NCBI GenBank assembly: GCA_002633005.1
Contig: NMRA01001241.1
Span: 1-36,406 of the forward strand
DNA length: 36,406 bases
Source of the DNA: Phoronis australis
Taxonomy: Eukaryota > Animalia > Phoronida
Direction: 5' to 3'
Part shown: positions 13,301 through 25,965 of the stretch, one piece after another
Numbering within the stretch: the stretch's first letter is position 1
How the letters are laid out: each line of letters begins with the position of its first letter
The notes under the pieces: generated by a model
What the model was told of the DNA's origin: nothing
The model's database searches: none
The model's input: only the letters and a program-made list of their open reading frames with translations
Position numbers and translations under genes: made by a program

Positions 13301-15421
13301 TGCGCGTCACATCTTCCATAAGGTATGCAGGCTGAATTCTTTTTAAGTGGTGGAGAACCAATTTTAATATTGCTAGTCAGTCTGTTTTTCACGCTTCAGT
13401 CCTCTTTACAGTTACATACTGTGAAACATGCACTGCGTGCTTGCTTTTTGGCAGTTGGCTGTACCTGGCATTTCCGAAAATAGATCCATGGGCGGATATT
13501 CGGAAAGCAACTTTTCAAAAACGTCAAATGGAACTGAATATACACCGGAGCCTTTTTGGAAAAATGGGGGGGACGAATTTTCTGAAGTTGTCATAATAAG
13601 CAAAATTTTATACATCAAACATATGACATATACATTTCTGAATCCATCATATTTTCAAAAAGCATGCAAACAGTTTCCGAAAATACGACCTTGGGAATGT
13701 TTTTTAAATTGACGAAATGTAGTGGGAAATGTTCCCGGCACTGAATTCCGAGGGATTGAATGGGTCCGGCATTGCGTGAGTGGATGACAGTAGGTGAAAG
13801 TACTGTGACGACAGTACAGGTATGACTATCTCGCAGTGCTACGGAGATCCTGTCCTAGAACAACACACAGTCAATCAGCCAGTCTTTATTTATTGGTCTC
13901 GAATCATGCTTGTTGTCCAACAGGAAATTCACAACACGATAATCTGTGCATCTTAGGTGACACTAGGCCACTTGTCCACCACGAAATTCATAACACGATA
14001 ATCTGCACATGTTTGGTGACACTAGGCCACTACATACGCTAATGATACCAATTTATCGGCTGACAACAGTTTGAAATGCTTGAAACTCTTAAAATGACTA
14101 CTGAAGGGCGATCACTCTGAAGCTGATCAAATAGTCAGTCATGGAACCCCACAGTTTCTTCCACCTTGGACTGACGCGCCTAAAATCGGGCCTTTTCGGA
14201 ACACGGGTTGCAATAACCGCACGTCAACGGGCAGAACTCCAGCGCAGCCTTCAAAACTGCATAGCGATTGTCGTTACACCATTGGCGGTGCCCCTGGCAG
14301 TCAAACGATCCCCATTCGAAGTGGTCCACACATGCTGGAATCCAACAAAGCAAAACATGAGCACCAAGGCAGCTGAATTATTTCGGTAAAGAGGACGAGT
14401 ACCAGAATGTGATATTTGAACAAAACGTGCATTTATGCACTTAAACAGTGTTGACCGTCCTCCGACGGAAGAGCTGAATAAAGAGCTATGGAAAATAAGG
14501 AGTTGCACCCACGACATCAACGCAAAACGTATGTTTCAAGTATTCCTTTTTTCATGTACTAATGTCACCACGTCCTATTAAAGTTGCGAACTGGCTTCTG
14601 GTGTCGCATTCAGTCCTCTCTGTGAATGTATATCAAGATAAATGTATCTGTGAAGCCATTTTGCAAAGTAGAATTCTTCATTCACGTTTTTACACATAGT
14701 TCCATCATCTTCTGTGCATTTTACCCAACAAAATTTTACGACTACAATCCCTCATTGTCCCCATGGCTGACCTATCATTGCTGTGATGTATCTGCCCCTT
14801 TATTTTGAGTCAATCCACGCCACCTGCAGATCAAGAATCATTACCAAAGCCATCTCAAAAGGGGAAATTCATATTCCTCCATAGTACTTTATTGAGCAAT
14901 ACAAACCGATCTAGAATATCGTTACAGGGGTATCCCTTAATGACAGGATGTCGTTGATAAAGATTTCTTGTGGTGGTGCCCGTTGCTACAAGAACTCTAG
15001 CGGTCATATTCCATCAGCCAGGGTTCGAAGATTTCTATCTCCAAGATCGGCACATCATACACCTCGCCCAACCCTCAAGTCATATCAATTTGAACACATA
15101 CATGTACATGTATGCATGTCGACACTACACCCAAAGTGCCCCTATGGCAGTGACGTTTTGCATGGGGCGTGAGCTACAGCTTTACAATAGACCTACCTGT
15201 TATTTGAGTTAAAAATTGAAAAATATATTCTCTTGGTAACTGTCCTACAAATTGTTATTTTGTCGCTCGTTATGTTGTGGCAACACGCTCAAACTAGTGG
15301 TCCGCGTAGAAAAATTCCCTGCATTGCAGCCGCATCATTTCCTGCTAATTGCTAGCGCAGAAATGCCTCAACTTGGTTAATTATGGACTTTGACTATGGA
15401 ATTGTTTTGGCACTATTGGAC

Positions 15422-16224
15422 CATAGGCGGATTTAGGTGGGGGGGGGGGCGGCAGNAGTTTTAGTGTTGGGGGAGGGGGGGGGGGGCTCAGATCCAATTT
15501 CAAGTGTCAAATTTGGAACACGGACACTGCGCAATCGCAACGGAACTATGGCTAAGTATAGGCTCTCCCGCAATATCCCAGGCGACTGGCAGTGGCGCTG
15601 GACACTACGACTCCGGTCCGTCGTCTGCTCCATTGTGAAAGAAAATTTATTCATGGAAAATGGAATCTGAGATATGATGAAAAAACAGAAGCTGCTGGTA
15701 AGATGTCAATTTTAATCGAAGCCTTAGTGAATCACTCAGAAACTCATAATTCTCTCTTTGTCAAACCTTAACTTAAGATGATTTACAAAGCAAGCGCGTC
15801 ATTTTTACCAACACAAAAAAACTGATTTGGTCTTTTGGGCAACTGATTGCACAAAATATAAAACATGTAATAAACATTACAAAAAAGAAGGTTTTGCGCG
15901 CAAACGCAGTGGACCATAAACAAGTAGGTCTCTTAGAGACGAATTGGTGCAGTGTTAAAGCACGCGCGACCTATCCTCCAGGTCGTGAGTTCGAGTCTGT
16001 GATACTTGCAGTTTTTCCGGTTTGATACTTTCTCCAGTTTTTTTGTTTTTTCTTGGATAATACTTCGGGAATCGAGGAAAATGCTTGATTTTGGAGGAAA
16101 AAACAGAAAAATTTCCTGACATACCCTCATTTGGTGCTATACGCATCTACAATCGTGCTTTGAGTAAATGTTACCAGACAAAATGTTGGGCCCTCCCGCT
16201 TTTGATATCCTAGATCCGCCACTG
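15422..16224. mobile_element. MITE / non-autonomous TIR element (~800 bp) with 5-bp TSD TGGAC
   Basis: Left end CATAGGCGGATTTAGG and right end CCTAGATCCGCCACTG form an imperfect 16-bp inverted repeat. TGGAC flanks both ends directly (15417-15421 and 16225-16229). Confidence 0.7.
15936..16005 (+). other. tRNA-like / Pol III A-box and B-box remnant inside the MITE
   Basis: TGGTGCAGTGTTAAAGCAC (D-arm/A-box-like) followed by GGTCGTGAGTTCGAGTC (T-arm/B-box-like). No convincing complete cloverleaf. Confidence 0.45.
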
Positions 16225-18973
16225 TGGACGGACAATTAAGTAGTGTTTCTTTAGATCACAACTAAACGGCAGACGGTAGAGGAATCCATCAAAACATCGA
16301 CGGTTATCGACTCGCCCCGCAAACTCTTAGCACCAAGTACAGCGGCTAAAATAATTGCTTACTGGCTAATTACATGCTTACCGCGTTTACACTGGCGTCT
16401 CAGTCACACTATTTACAGGACCGAAGTTTTAACCAGGTCAGTTCGCAAATCGGCTAAAGGCGTCGGAAATTCGGCTAACATTAATCATCCGCATACACTG
16501 AGTTAATCGAGAGTTAATTCTGTTGAACTGATTAGTAATTTTCACTTTAATCAAGCAGCCGACTTGCATTTCTACTACCGCTGAAAATGGTGCGCTTTGA
16601 GGCACGAGTAAACAATCATGTAATAAAAGATCCTTTCGAAAACCAGAAGGAATACCCTGGAAACTAGAGTAGCCGATTGGGATTTATTCTGACAGATTCC
16701 GGCAACATAACTGTTGTGCAAAATTTTCTGAAAAGTGTTTAAGTCGTTTCGAAACAAACGATCCAACGGGTCCACTGTTGATTAAGAAATCTGTCCGAAA
16801 GCCGACTCTGCCATCCGTAATTGTCAGGTTTGGTAAAACTCGTCATTCTTTTTCGAAATTAAAGGATTTTGTTTTTTGAAAGCTAAGAGCCATCGGGGGT
16901 GCCAGGAAATAAAGCCAAATACGAACGAAAATTAACTGGTGCCGGTGGATACCTCCCAGCTACATGTAAATGATTGACAAATTCCCTCAAGACCTAACAG
17001 AGAGAATGGACTAGTACAAGTATCAAGGATTGGAGGACGTATTTTGCGGCTACGTAATGGTGTTTATTTATAAGCTAAACCTAAAAACTGCCATGGCAAG
17101 AAAACACCAGGCGTGGTCGCCGACACAAATTACATACGCCGCGGTTGACCCTTATGAACAAGCATACAGGTACATATAGTGCGCCAATAGAATTTATTCT
17201 ACGCCAATGTTACGAGGAGCGCCTCTCTTAAACAATCCCTCTTATTTAATGAAAGCTGAAGACAGCGCAAACAAGCATAGAAGTGTTAAATTTTGGTGAG
17301 TTACTTACTTTGTGTACAAAGACCACACGACACAGGACACTTGTCTCTCATCATACTGCTGGTGGAACACGCAACGTCTACTAGAGCTGCACAGCCTGAA
17401 GACTTATCGCAGCAGCCTGCAACGAGATTGGATAATGAGAATTCTTTGGCATAGATGCCCTATTGTTGACAAGCTCCTAGAATAGATCTGATGACAAAAA
17501 ATTGTGTTTCACAATTACTAAGTAAACATGTTTACATGGAAGACGATAACGTGCACACTTGAGACCAGTAACACCATTTTTCTTACAATCAACAGCATGC
17601 TGTCGTATACATGTACAATCATGTTAGTACTTGTGACAGAGTTTTTGTCCTTCAACCTAGAATCGCCTCTGGTTCAGATTCAAAAAAGGAACCAATCACG
17701 CTCCATGGGAGACTACACAATTGTAAGGTTAATCCAAAGTGCACGACACAATTCAGTTCTATACATTATTCACAAGTTTCCATTTGACACTGTTTTGTTC
17801 ATTATTACATACTTACAGGGTATATCACAGCGAAGTGCATGTCAAATCAAACCCTTGTACTTCCTAGCACACTTAAGGCCTGAATTTGCCACCTTCACTC
17901 GAAGTTACATGTAAAACTATGCGGATAATTCCATCTATGACACAATTCCTTATTGAGGCCAAAAACAGCATTGATTGCATTACCAATCGCCACACCAACT
18001 CAACTTTTGTAAGAACAATAACCCTCATGATTTTTTCGGTTTCCTATTTCCGAAAATGTTATGGTACCAGAGTATCAGCAGCGCCAAATCATTGTCAGAC
18101 GGATGACAACGAGTTTCATGACATTGTCTTGATTGGTTAAGCAGTGTGTGTGCTTGTATTCCAACAGTAAGTATCTAATTCCGAGTTCACTGAAGCAATC
18201 TCGAGATTAGAGGTCTCTGAATGTGGTAAACTATTTTCAAAATTACATTTACATTCAGTAAAGTATACATACCGGTATATATTCTTATAGGTAATCTGTA
18301 GACTAGAAATTGCCTTTTGATTTTGTATTGAGGTTTCACGTGACCACGTTTTGTCGGGTATTTATACACAAAAACATTCATAGCTAAATAGCAATTAAAA
18401 TGACAAGAAAAAATGCTGTTTGTTACAAATGTTCAAGATGAAAACTCATAAGTGTGGTTGTGGTTTTCAAAACCACTGTTTCCTGCTCATTTTACGTAGG
18501 GTGTTATTACTTGATTTATATGATTGAAAAGCTAAATTTTTACGTTTTTGGTTGGGCCCTGATAACCATAATTTAACTGTCATGTTTGGGAGGATTATTA
18601 TCATTGCAAATATAATGTAATGAGTCGAAAAAAGATCGAACTTTGCATACGCTTGATAGTTTATAATAATGTATACGTCTAAGGTACATGTAAGTGCAAT
18701 ATTGGTTACCTGAAATTCGACATTAATGCATACGTGATGTTGTAATCAACTGTCATTTCGTTAAGGCACAGCTTAAATATCAGCTAATGAGAGAGTGCAC
18801 ATAATAATGATTAATTATAAAGTGTAATAAATCCGATATTTACACCTTATTTTAAATTAACGTTCATTTATTTCCTAATCTAGCATTTCCTAGAAATGTC
18901 TTCTTTACAGGCGTATTTGAACAAAAATGTAACTGGAAAATAACTGCACATATGAAGAAGACATCGGTGTATT

Positions 18974-19071
18974 TTATTGCTTACTTTCATTCCATTTCCT
19001 CACGTAGCAGTGTTCGCCGTCGCAAACAAGTTTTTCAAGCGTATTTACAGCATTGCCATAGGGGAAGTTTT
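18974..19071 (-). CDS. Multi-ShK gene, probable last coding exon E (ENFPYGNAVNTLEKLVCDGEHCYVRKWNESKQ*)
   Basis: Strong tttttttttgttttacag acceptor, phase 1, in frame with D3. TAA at 18976-18974, with AATAAA overlapping the stop and again at 18872-18867. An alternative gtaagc donor after 18985 is possible. Confidence 0.6.
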
Positions 19072-19728
19072 CTGTAAAACAAAAAAAAACATTAAAAACG
19101 GCATGTTTAAAACTACTTTAAGCTGTTTTGACATGCAACTGTTCAACGAAAAACGTTTTCTCAAGTCCATCAGGAAAACAAGGCTTTATCGTAACTCTAC
19201 CAAGCGACATTGTCTCAAGTCCACCCTCCTTCACATTCGCATTTCTTGTTGTAGCACGGAATGCAGTGTCATCATAGACTATAGTACATGGACTGCCAAC
19301 TCCGTATGCGATGAATGGACGAAATCTATGCTCTTACAGAAGCAATGACGTCAGTATTCACTAGCGACACATGGCCAAATTATCTGGTTTTACTTCCGGC
19401 AAGTACGTCGTCTGCTAATTGTGGTCGGCTGTTGTGTCGTCACAATACACTAACCGGAAACTGAAACAGTGGTGGCGTCATCAAAAGCTACGAGCCGATT
19501 ACCAGGCCAAGAGTCCCTCAATCACATTCCGTTCCAAAAAATACACAACAAACCAGTTGGTGCTGGTGAACCAGTATCCGCCTTGTCAGCAAACCTGCTT
19601 GGGTAATGGAGTTGTTGCTGTGCAGGTTTTGAATCTGATCAATACTGAATATTTTGGTCCTTTTCAGAATTCAATATCGTATACTGTAACAACGGCCATA
19701 CTGACAACTATCGTATACGCAAATGTAC

Positions 19729-19872
19729 CTGGGTTCATGCCCCCGGACTGTTCCTCACATTCTCCGCACGTCTTGGCGCATTTCTTCTTCATCCACTTGA
19801 AATATCCGGTCGACGGATTGCACTTACCAACAGTCTTTTTGCTGTGGCAGTCTTTCTCGTCTACATCGAAAC
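19729..19872 (-). CDS. Multi-ShK gene, exon D3, ShKT domain ((C)FDVDEKDCHSKKTVGKCNPSTGYFKWMKKKCAKTCGECEEQSGGMNP)
   Basis: ttttaag acceptor and CAG|gtacat donor. 144 nt, phase 1-1, with the ShK C-terminal signature CAKTCGEC. Not in the ORF track. Confidence 0.9.
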
Positions 19873-20182
19873 CTTAAAAGTAAACAGAGTGTCAGCAGCG
19901 CAACAAACGGGAATGTGATCGTCCTATTCAAGCCAGAGGTCAGAGGTCGACTGCCACGTACATGTACATGTATAAGTTGTGCCCTACCTTTTTGGGTACT
20001 CCGTGCGTCCCGATAACAAGAAGGGTTTAAGAAATTCTAGCTTTCCAAGCCTAGAGAAACTTTCAAGGGACAGGACACAAGTTCAAGACCAGTGGCCAGA
20101 TGTAACATCATTTGTATTTTCACACGTCACTCTACGTCATCATTCTCGTGAACAGTCTCACATTGGACACAAGGTATGTTCT

Positions 20183-20232
20183 TTCTCTCTCTCTCTCTCC
20201 CTCTCTCCCTCCCTCCCCCACTCCCTCTCTCT
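20183..20232. repeat. (CT)n / pyrimidine-rich microsatellite
   Basis: Directly visible tctctctc...ccctccc tract. Confidence 0.85.
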
Positions 20233-20506
20233 CCCGACGGTTGTCCATGTTCTTGCAAAGCAGGTCCATTCAAGACCATTTTTAAACATACATGACCATA
20301 ACAGTAGACAATGCCACTATTCGTAATAAATGACCAATTCTGGTTAAAAAAATGTGTATGCGTGTGTGCGTGCGTGTGCAGTGTGCACGAGCCTATTGCC
20401 TTGCAGTACATGAACTAAACAATAAGTAATCGGTTGTCGCACACGACGTCATATAAGAAATACTGTACGCTATTTCTTGTAGACATGTGACCCCTCATAT
20501 GTTTAC

Positions 20507-20743
20507 ATGTTTCACAGGTGCACGTTTTGACGCAGTTTTTCTCCATGTAGCTGTTCCCACAATGACCACCTGCTGACCATCGCTTGCAATCCCTGTCTGG
20601 GTCACCTGGGTGGTTCGACTGGCGTAGATTAGTCACACGGGAGCAATCCTTGTGGACACCACCCTCCACGACGAGTGAAGGGGTTGTTATCGTATGGGGC
20701 TGCATCGATGATCTTATGGGCGTCTCAGATGGTCGGTTACTCT
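20507..20743 (-). CDS. Multi-ShK gene, exon C3: S/T/P linker plus atypical ShK-like domain (..DCSRVTNLRQSNHPGDPDRDCKRWSAGGHCGNSYMEKNCVKTCTCET)
   Basis: cttttccccaatag acceptor and T|gtaaac donor. 237 nt, phase 1-1, six Cys with an ShK-like W..GHC...CxKTC core. Confidence 0.85.
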
Positions 20744-21674
20744 CTATTGGGGAAAAGAGCCAGATCTACATGTACAGTATAACGTAGGCAGGCATGATTG
20801 TGGTTTGACGATGGGAATTATAGCAGAAGACAATAAAAGAGAAACAGCCAACTAAATAATGATGCATATTTGGTGAAACATACTGGCATGACACAGAGAC
20901 ACTAAATTTTATGCAATAATTAATCTCCGTCTTCATAAACCAATCATTTTAATTGACACACGCTACGTTAAATTCGCCAGCACATTTGCCTTATCTTGTT
21001 ATAAAACTTCAGGACTGCAAGATTGATCGTGCCTGTATGAATCGCTTAAGTTCTGTTGTAAGCTCGCCTCATTCTGCCAAAAACGTAACTTGAGAGCGTG
21101 CACACGTCACGCCCAAAGTAAGTTACAAAAGAAAAAATGTTGTTGCTTTGACTTAAATGGTGAATACGCAACTGGGTTTTCCGGTGAGTCGAAAACCATT
21201 CGAGAACCAGTTACCATTACCATGTCGCAAAATTCTCCGTTATGCGAGACAAGTTTAATAATGCAAATGGGTATACAGTGTAGTAGTGTGTCATCATTAC
21301 CCTAGTAAAACAAGGCACACTTTTTATTTTTGACAATGAAATAAATATATCATTGAAATTACTAGGGAATTCTATATGTTCACATCTGTTTTAAGTTTTT
21401 CAGATGCGTTGTTTTCTTTAAAACCGCATTTTTTATACATCACTTGTTTTCCTGGTTACAGGTGTACACGCAGTTCTTCAGGCAGTCACAAGGCGACGCT
21501 TGATACGCGGAAATTTTGTGTTTTCGATGAATTTGAGTCTCCCATAGTACATGTAAATGCTAGGCAGTTTCAGATTTTCATGCACATAGGGACAAAAAGA
21601 CAGCTCCCCCGAACCGCCCTATTGAGAGAGGGTCATATCTGAAATGGGCTAAGCATTATTAAGCTCAGAAAAGA

Positions 21675-21784
21675 GTGACAGACACCCTGCAAGAAGCGAC
21701 AGACACCCTGCAAGAAGTGACAGACACCCTGCAAGAAGTGACAGACACCCTGCAAGAAGTGACAGACACCCTGCAAGAAGTGAC
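21675..21784. repeat. 21-bp minisatellite (GTGACAGACACCCTGCAAGAA) x ~5.2
   Basis: Head-to-tail copies with one substitution and no spacers. Intronic. Confidence 0.95.
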
Positions 21785-22538
21785 CTTTAGACATGAAAAC
21801 CGACTGTATGATTTTACGAAAAATGAAAACAGAGACAATCGATTTCAACATTGCTCCCTCTATCCGTGAGCGGATCCTTGGAAATTTTTCAACAAAACAC
21901 GAAAAGTGTGGCAACTTAAATGTCATCAAAGAGCTGGGCCTCTAAATATGAACAGGTTTTATTGGTTTACAAAAATCAGGAACGCTCAATAATTGATGCA
22001 TTCTGTCAGATTATCAACACTCTTCAAGGGTTATACAATTTCTGTTATCCATGCCGAAGAAAGGCCTTTGGAAAAATATAGTTTTGCAACAAAAGTGTCC
22101 TTAGTTATTGAATTGTTGAATTTGAAACTCAGTGAATGAATACACTCTGCACACATTCGCGTAACACATTTTCTCGAATTTTCAAAATATATTTATGAAC
22201 GATAAAGTGCACGTTTTCCAAGTGCTTTTAGAAGACCTATGCTGCAAATGTAACAACAATATTCTGGCCAGTGTCCTGAAAGGGTTAACCATGCACTGAT
22301 ACTAATTTCAGTCAAATGTCTTCTTGAATTTCCTCTTATTTGCATGTTTCACAGTCTTTATTCTCTCGACTGTCCCCGGTCTCAAGTCCGCGTGTACGCC
22401 GGGTGCCATCCTGGAACCTGCAATTTTTTAAGGCACGTGCTCCCTCCCCCACTTCCTACGGCCCTGAAGAGTCAAAGACATGTTTGTTGAAACGGATTTC
22501 ACGAAAGTTTATTACACGTACCATCATCAGACACAAAC

Positions 22539-22670
22539 CTGTATCTCCACTACACAGCTGGCAGGTTTTGGCACAACGCTTTTCCATCCATTTTCGTAAA
22601 ACAGCCGAGCCCGAAGAGCAGCTCCCCTTCACAGCTTTTTGACGACACTGATTTTCGTCGACATCATAAC
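22539..22670 (-). CDS. Multi-ShK gene, exon D2, ShKT domain ((C)YDVDENQCRQKAVKGSCSSGSAVLRKWMEKRCAKTCQLCSGDT)
   Basis: tgtcag acceptor and CAG|gtttgt donor. 132 nt, phase 1-1, paralogous to D1 and D3. Confidence 0.9.
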
Positions 22671-23212
22671 CTGACATGTAAAGCAAACAAGATTCGGGCA
22701 CAGAAACTATGGAGATAACATCAAAAGTGCCGCCGTATACGTTCCCCTTGAACTGTGCTACAATATTAGCTAAAAGAATAATTCGGGGGTGAATTTCACA
22801 CAAAATAACGTAACGCAGAAAGCTAGTTCCTATCAGGTGTTTACAGCGATGTCACGCGAAGCCTTTCCTATTCGAGGCTTTTTGGTGTCTACGCTCCAGG
22901 GAGTGCACGCCGAGTGCAAAAATACGCAACGTACACGTGGCAGATTATAACGTTCAGTGACGACTTTCATTTTAATCAGGACTTCTAGTTCTTCGCATGG
23001 AATGTCGACACAACACGCTCCGTGATTAAGTGAAGCAAACGCAAATTCATAAAATTTGGTTTTACTTTACACATAGTAAGACCACAATAGTCGCATTACA
23101 ACGTTCAGATTAATTCTTGACAGGATAACTTCGATGTCTGTAAATATGAAATCAAACATTCGTTTTCGACTGTTTCTAATTTTTTAAAGCTATGAACTAG
23201 ATTCTAGCTTAC

Positions 23213-23479
23213 ATTTATCACATTCACAAGTCTTCTTGCAAACTCTGGTCACTGAACTTAGTCTGCAATGCCCGTTTGTTGCCCAAACCTTGCAGGTGTA
23301 CTCGGGATTATCACGCTGGCTGGATTTCTTGACATTTATTGCTGTGCGGCAGAAATCGGCAACAGTTTGTTTCACTGCAGTGGCCGCAACTGATGTAGTT
23401 GTCGTCGGGGTCAGTGTTTTTGAGGCAGCTGAGGTCGTTCCTGTGTTCTTTCGAGAGGGCTTTGGCGTGACGGTTAGGG
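23213..23479 (-). CDS. Multi-ShK gene, exon C2: Thr-rich linker plus atypical ShK-like domain (..FCRTAINVKKSSQRDNPEYTCKVWATNGHCRLSSVTRVCKKTCECDK)
   Basis: ttttatcctgtag acceptor and T|gtaagc donor. 267 nt, phase 1-1. Confidence 0.9.
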
Positions 23480-24001
23480 CTACAGGATAAAATACTTGAA
23501 GATGTCGAAGATTTTCCAATACACAAGGTGCGTTTGTTCAATATTATAAAAAAATTCACGTAACGATGGTACCTGACAATCTCACAATGCACTTCACTTT
23601 CATTCAAAGAAGGATATAAAAACAAATTGAATTTAACGATCATTGAAAATGGCCTCAACTAAATATAAAGAAGCAAATAGTGTCCTTTCAAAGACAACCA
23701 CAAAACTTGTGTGCCTGGGCAGAATAGTCTAGTTAAAGGCGAAGACAACCATTTTTCCTGTCATTTCAGTAAAAATTGGGTTCGTTGATTATCCCAGACA
23801 TATTTTTCAGTTAATTACAGCATCTGGTAACGTAATTATTACTCGTACCCTACTTCGGAAGTTACGTTTTGGGAGTAAAAAATAGGCGCCTTTTCTTCTC
23901 AAAGTCTGACTGTGTGAGCTGTCGAATCAGTCATGGAAAGCAGTGTGAACTGATGGGGCTATCCTCATTGTAAATATTACATTGATAAAAATAGTAAATA
24001 A

Positions 24002-24388
24002 ATATACCTTGGTTGCGATAATTTCGGTCGTCGTTTTGATCTTGTTTACACATCAGTCAACAGATCAGTACCGGGGTTTACTTATTATCGTCTCATGCGC
24101 ACTCTTGGTGTACCAATACATCGCTTTTCGAAAGATGACAAACTTCGCCGTACTTGGCTCGTTCGTGCGAAGAACGCAGCATTACCCATCCACGCAACGC
24201 ACAAAGCAGTGAAAAACTACCGAGTGTGGGACAACCATTTTCTGCAGTCGGATTACGAAAGAAATATGTACGCTGAATTGATGAAGGTCCCTGCAAAACC
24301 ACGCCTGAAGAAGGGTGTCATACCGTCTGTGTTGATTCCCGGCAGTGCCCCGTCGCCACCCCCTCGAGAGCTGTTGCCACTAGAGTGA
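24002..24388 (+). pseudogene. Degenerate THAP zinc-finger domain (DNA-transposon relic), intronic and antisense to the ShK gene
   Basis: One frame reads GCDN...IHRFSKDDKLRRTW...RVWDNHF...PRLKKGVIPSV. This follows the THAP order GCxN, FxFP-D-R-W, C-x-x-HF, LxxxAVP. The first Cys is missing, the third Cys is Trp and the conserved Pro is Ser. Confidence 0.8.
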
Positions 24389-24969
24389 CTGGAGACACTT
24401 CATCTACTGTCACCCATGATTTCGAACGTACCCCAGAGCGTGTAATCCGGCAACTAGTATTGATTCGCCCCGTGCTGCTGTTTCTAACCTTTGAGCCCGG
24501 CGGTAAGCAGTCCTGCAGCGATGTTGAGTATTGGGAGTGAATACAGGCCCAGTTCTATACCCAGTAAACGTGTGCGCACCCAACCTACATTTAAAAGACG
24601 TGGCGGGGGCGCGAATTTTTGAGGGTATGGGTACCTTTTACTAAAAAGGGTACGTTCTGTGATATGAACTGTGCCATTCGCCGAATTTTGGCAGTTCCTG
24701 GCTTTTTAGTGGACCTTAATTTCATACCTTTTCGGACTTTTTGTTTCTCTGAGGCGGACCTTTTGGCCCTTTTCGCCGAATGAGTGAGGGGAGGGGGGCT
24801 CGTTCGAGCTTCCCCACTTGGTGCGCGCATAATAAGGAGGACAGTTTGTTGTGAGTGAATATAGTAGGTTTTTGCTCGAAACATGGGTATACTGCCAAAT
24901 ACAAAACTGATTGTATATGTTCTGTGAACTGACCACCGAATGCCGAATATTCTTGGAAAATATAAGTAA

Positions 24970-25965
24970 ACCAGATTGAGATGGTGACCGCTACCTCAAG
25001 GGAAATAAATGTGCTTGGTGATGTCAAAACTGACCTACACACATGAACAAAGTCTACCTCCGAGTGTTCAATACACAGCAATATTGACATGTTATCGTAG
25101 AACTGACAAGGGGTTCAAGAACTTGCATAGACCACACAATAACTTACGTGACAAACGACAAAGTGAAGTAATGACCACTCTACAGTTTACACGGTTCGTA
25201 AGACAACGAAGGCGATCAAGGGTCAACATACATGTACATGTATCTATGCTAACTTCCATTCTTGTAAACATTCAAATGCTCAGTACATTTGTGGTAGCTA
25301 TTGATGGATGTCCCTGGGATACTGAAAATCTGGGCATAGTTGTTAATGAGTGCTGGGTAATTTCGAACTCATGTTTTACATGCGTTTGTGATAATCAGGC
25401 ACCAATCAAGTCAATCAAACTTTGGGCTGACCGACCCGAATGGTTAACGGATGACTATATTTGCCTCTCATTGGACCGTGATTATTGTCATGGACCACAG
25501 TCAAAGATCTCAGAAATCGTTGCAATTATAATAATAGAACGAAGCAGCACTAGTGGAATTAGAAATGCATTGGAGATGCTAAATCGAGTGATCCCAAGAC
25601 AACAGTAGAAGAGTTTAATGCCTTTTTAATTAAGTTGGTATGAAATTGGCCCGAGAAATCCCTGATTTGTATAAGCCAAATGATTCCGGTCTATTTCCCT
25701 CCAAGGCGTTTAAGTTTCGTGAGTTCACTGAGAAATTCACCTCAACACAGCTTACGAAACTTAACGTAAGCAAATCGATTGGAATAGACAAGATTCCATC
25801 TAGATTATTGAAACTTGCGGGGTCGTTGATCTGTAAATCACATCTATTTTCAACAAATTGTTGGAAACTCAGTTCATACCAGCCACATGAAAGAAGGCTA
25901 AAGTGACACCTCTTTTTAAGGAAGGCAAAAAATATTGCAAACAATTACCGTCGAATCTCAGTCGC
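24970..25965 (+). mobile_element. Decayed CR1/L2-group non-LTR retrotransposon ORF2 fragment (endonuclease end, tether, RT start)
   Basis: INVLGDVKTD (APE GDFN-like), CDNQAPIKSIK...PEWLT, KLNVSKSIGIDKIPSRLLK and AKVTPLFKEGK..NNYRRISV. Frameshifted. Confidence 0.8.

Noticed and set aside
14095-14150. CTGAAG...TCAGTC hammerhead-like or Penelope terminal motif
   Set aside because: The core CUGANGA and GAAA boxes are not intact.
8000-15400. Short 60-95 aa ORFs in the intergenic region
   Set aside because: No domain motifs, no consistent splice chain, and composition like non-coding DNA.
19419-19877. 152-aa plus-strand ORF, and similar plus-strand ORFs over the ShK exons
   Set aside because: Antisense shadows of real minus-strand exons with no recognisable domain.
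21675-21784. 21-bp repeats as a CRISPR array or a coding repeat (ORFs TDTLQEV / HFLQGVC)
   Set aside because: The units are head-to-tail with no spacers in a eukaryotic intron. The ORFs are a by-product of a stop-free 21-mer.
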